Positions 61,580 to 64,000 of a DNA stretch of 64,000 nucleotides are shown here, one piece after another; position 1 is the stretch's first letter, and the number at the start of each line of letters is the position of its first letter. A program made the position numbers and the translations under genes. A model generated the notes under the pieces. It worked only from the letters and a program-made list of their open reading frames with translations. It was not told the origin of the DNA and ran no database searches. Where the stretch lies: positions 384,001-448,000 of the forward strand of contig CAVXXK010000001.1 of assembly GCA_963765675.1 (NCBI GenBank), given 5' to 3'. Source of the DNA: an uncultured delta proteobacterium (lineage in GTDB: Bacteria; Desulfobacterota; Binatia; Binatales; Binataceae).

Positions 61580-62263
61580 TTAATCTCGGGCAAAGATAAG
61601 CCCGGTAGCCTTCGCCAGATCGTCCAGCGCCTGCGCCTCGGTGACGACCTTGATCGCCGTCATGCCGAGTTGCGCCGCGGGCTTGCAGTTGACACCCAGG
61701 TCGTCGAGATAAACGCACGCCTGCGGCTTGACCGCGAGCAGCTCGCACATCATCAGGTAGATTCTCGGGTCGGGCTTGCGGATGCCGGCCTTCGAGCTTT
61801 CGATGATCGCGTCGAAGTACTGCATGATATCGCGAGCGCGCGTGGCGCCCTGCGGGCTCGCCGCCATCCCGGGGCCGTGGCCCTGCGGCATGTTGTTGGT
61901 GATGCATCCGAGCTTGAAGTGGCGCTTGCACACCAGCAGCGCCGCGACCATCCGCGGCCGCACATCGCCTGACAGCAGCGGCAGGATTTCCGCGCCGCGC
62001 ACGGGATGACCGAGCGCGGTCGATTCCTCGAGGTACTTGCGGTCGAAGCCGTGCGCGTCGATCTCCGCGCGTTCGAACAGCGCCCACGCGTTGGAATCGG
62101 GATTGGTCGAGTTGACTTTGCGGATATGATCGCGCGGGATCCCGCGCTGGATTTCATAGCGACTGAAAGCCTCGAACGGAGAAGTCGTAAACACACCCCC
62201 GAAATCCCAAATCACCCCCTCGATCGCCACGCTGCCTTTCTCCTCGTCCCTGTTGCTCGTCAC
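61580..62263 (-). CDS. HAD-IA family hydrolase
   Basis: WDFGGV, TNN, RKPDP and YLDD..N motifs. Confidence 0.85.
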   Translation of the reverse strand: MTSNRDEEKGSVAIEGVIWDFGGVFTTSPFEAFSRYEIQRGIPRDHIRKVNSTNPDSNAWALFERAEIDAHGFDRKYLEESTALGHPVRGAEILPLLSGDVRPRMVAALLVCKRHFKLGCITNNMPQGHGPGMAASPQGATRARDIMQYFDAIIESSKAGIRKPDPRIYLMMCELLAVKPQACVYLDDLGVNCKPAAQLGMTAIKVVTEAQALDDLAKATGLIFARD

Positions 62264-62440
62264 TCAAATCCAGATCGCGATACCGATGCAAGCGGCGCCT
62301 CGCAATCGTCTAGATCGGCGACCCTGCTGTCGCGCGGGCCTCATCCGTTGATCCGCTTCTGGCTCGGTACTCACCACCAGTTCGCTAATTCTTCGCAAAC
62401 CTCCGCAGGTTCGAATGAGAAACGACACCCCGGAATACGT

Positions 62441-62479
62441 AAAAAAGAACGGGCAGTCTATCGAGAGGCTGCCCGTTTC
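62441..62479 (-). terminator. Intrinsic terminator downstream of the low-GC ORFs
   Basis: AACGGGCAGCCU/AGACUGCCCGUU stem (one mismatch) followed by CUUUUUU on the minus strand. Confidence 0.75.
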
Positions 62480-62499
62480 AGGTCAAATGACGCCTATCG

Positions 62500-63085
62500 C
62501 TAGGATCTTAATGTGACTCGGTGAACTATGACACTCAGAAATTCCGATGCAAGCCACTTAGAAAACTGCTTTTTGTCTGACAGCAATAGAGGAATCTCTT
62601 CGCGGCCAAAATTTAACTGATCCAGCTTTTCAGTGGCTTTTTCGGCCTCTTGTTGCACCCTTGCTATCACTGATTTCTCTGTGATTTCGCGTACCATAAA
62701 TTTCAAAGGCTCCTGAATATTGGACGAATTCCTTCTACCACTAATTCGATATAATAGACCAGTGATCGTCCAGCAAAACTCGCGCCAAGGCCGCGGCATA
62801 AGGTCTATGAAGGCTTGGATGGATATGCTGCCTGCTGTGAATCATTTTGCTGAATCTGCTGGAGCGAAACAGTGCGAGAGTTAACGATGCCTCAATGTCA
62901 CTTGGCAGCGGAGGCGTAGAGATGAGCGTTGGCGGAGACATCACAAGAGCGAAAATTGCTGCATACACTATTTTCGCTACTCCAATTAATTCACTGGTGT
63001 GGTTTTGATAGTCCGAGTAAAGACTTTGACTTTGGAGGTTACTTCGATCCTGGTGGGTCGAAATCGGCTGATGAGTCGACGCCAT
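62500..63085 (-). CDS. Low-GC hypothetical protein (two overlapping ORFs, possibly one frameshifted gene)
   Basis: ORFs 62741-63085 and 62500-62799 overlap; the first starts 1 nt after the upstream ORF and the pair is followed by a terminator. Confidence 0.4.
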
Positions 63086-63086
63086 T

Positions 63087-63425
63087 TTAGTGCATGTACC
63101 AAAAGGCCATTCCCAGACTAACGATTGTTAGTCCGATTGCCGAAGTGCCAAGCCCCAACGATAGCGTCTCGTCTATTCGCCCTGAGGGCGTCAGCAGATA
63201 AAGTGGCGTTAGCGTTGTCGCGCAGTTCATAAATCCCAACACCGCCAAGAAACGACACAGCTTTCGTAGCGTGATCGCGATCTGCGGTCTCTCTATCTCC
63301 GGCTGGGACATGTAGAGCGCGTATACGGAATAAAAGATTCCGAAAACTCCGAAGAGGATTGCTCCGAACGCCAAAGACGCCGTGAACAGCGTCGCCAGAA
63401 ACTCAGTCTGATTCAATTCTCCCAC
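63087..63425 (-). CDS. Low-GC hypothetical membrane protein (about 3 TM segments)
   Basis: Three hydrophobic segments in 112 aa. Confidence 0.55.
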   Translation of the reverse strand: MGELNQTEFLATLFTASLAFGAILFGVFGIFYSVYALYMSQPEIERPQIAITLRKLCRFLAVLGFMNCATTLTPLYLLTPSGRIDETLSLGLGTSAIGLTIVSLGMAFWYMH

Positions 63426-63572
63426 CCTGCAGAGCCAGCCTACCTAACTAGCTGTTCACTAGCGGTCAGCGCAAGTGCTCCACAAGAGTCGTCCGCTCGC
63501 GCCGAACTACGTCCCCTTGAATGGTTTGTATGATGTTCCACAGAGCACCGCCAATAGAGGCCTTCCCGTGCA

Positions 63573-64000
63573 TCATCCCTTGCGCGGGACGAAGTATTGC
63601 GTGCCGGGGCCGGCGGCGTCGATCTCGCGGATCAGATCCGTCAGATCGGCGGGATTGGCGACGAAATCTATCTCCGACGAATCCACTACGAGCAGCGGGG
63701 CTTCATCGTAGTAGAAAAAGAAGTCGCGATATGCCGACGAGACGCGATCCAGATATTCGTAGCTGATGTGCTTCTCGAAGTCGCGATTGCGCTTGCGCAG
63801 GCGCTCGCCCAGCACCTCGACGCGGGCGCGCACGTAGACCACCAGGTCGGGCTTGGCCATCTGAGCGTCCACCAGCTTGTACACGCCTTCGTAGAGTTTG
63901 AGCTCGTCGGGCGCGAGATTCAGATTGGCGAAAATCCGATCCTTGGCGAACAGATAATCCGCAACCGTCGCCTGTTCGAAGAGATCGCGCTGCAACAGTT
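63573..64000 (-). CDS. Deoxynucleoside kinase (5' end outside the window)
   Basis: DY...KD.IFA, PDLVVY and R.RKRNR.FE lid motifs. Confidence 0.85.
   Translation of the reverse strand, partial: LLQRDLFEQATVADYLFAKDRIFANLNLAPDELKLYEGVYKLVDAQMAKPDLVVYVRARVEVLGERLRKRNRDFEKHISYEYLDRVSSAYRDFFFYYDEAPLLVVDSSEIDFVANPADLTDLIREIDAAGPGTQYFVPRKG

Overview
A GC-rich bacterial chromosomal segment of mostly housekeeping and accessory metabolic genes. I saw no integrase-bounded element, rRNA, tRNA or CRISPR array. The synteny xerC-hslV-hslU-argB-argD-argF-argG and the tandem DUF1329 genes suggest a deltaproteobacteria-like lineage such as Ca. Binatota (inference). The best non-coding signal is a complete glmS ribozyme (about 10614-10766) with its own sigma70-like promoter and a further 170-nt leader carrying anti-Shine-Dalgarno sequence. 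A Tat-exported class A beta-lactamase lies between glmU and this ribozyme. Other notable items: three tandem Cys-conserved DUF1329 paralogs, each with its own terminator; a mosaic locus in which a Tat-exported FAD/BBE oxidase appears to have taken over the start codon and TetR-linked promoter of an amidohydrolase and is followed by a monooxygenase remnant; a dispersed GTCATTC...GAATGAC palindromic repeat family; an ECF promoter in front of a heavily frameshifted macAB; a terminator-containing leader before a methyltransferase; and a small low-GC cassette. Several genes (glmS, polB, etfBA and others) are split by single indels that are probably long-read sequencing errors.
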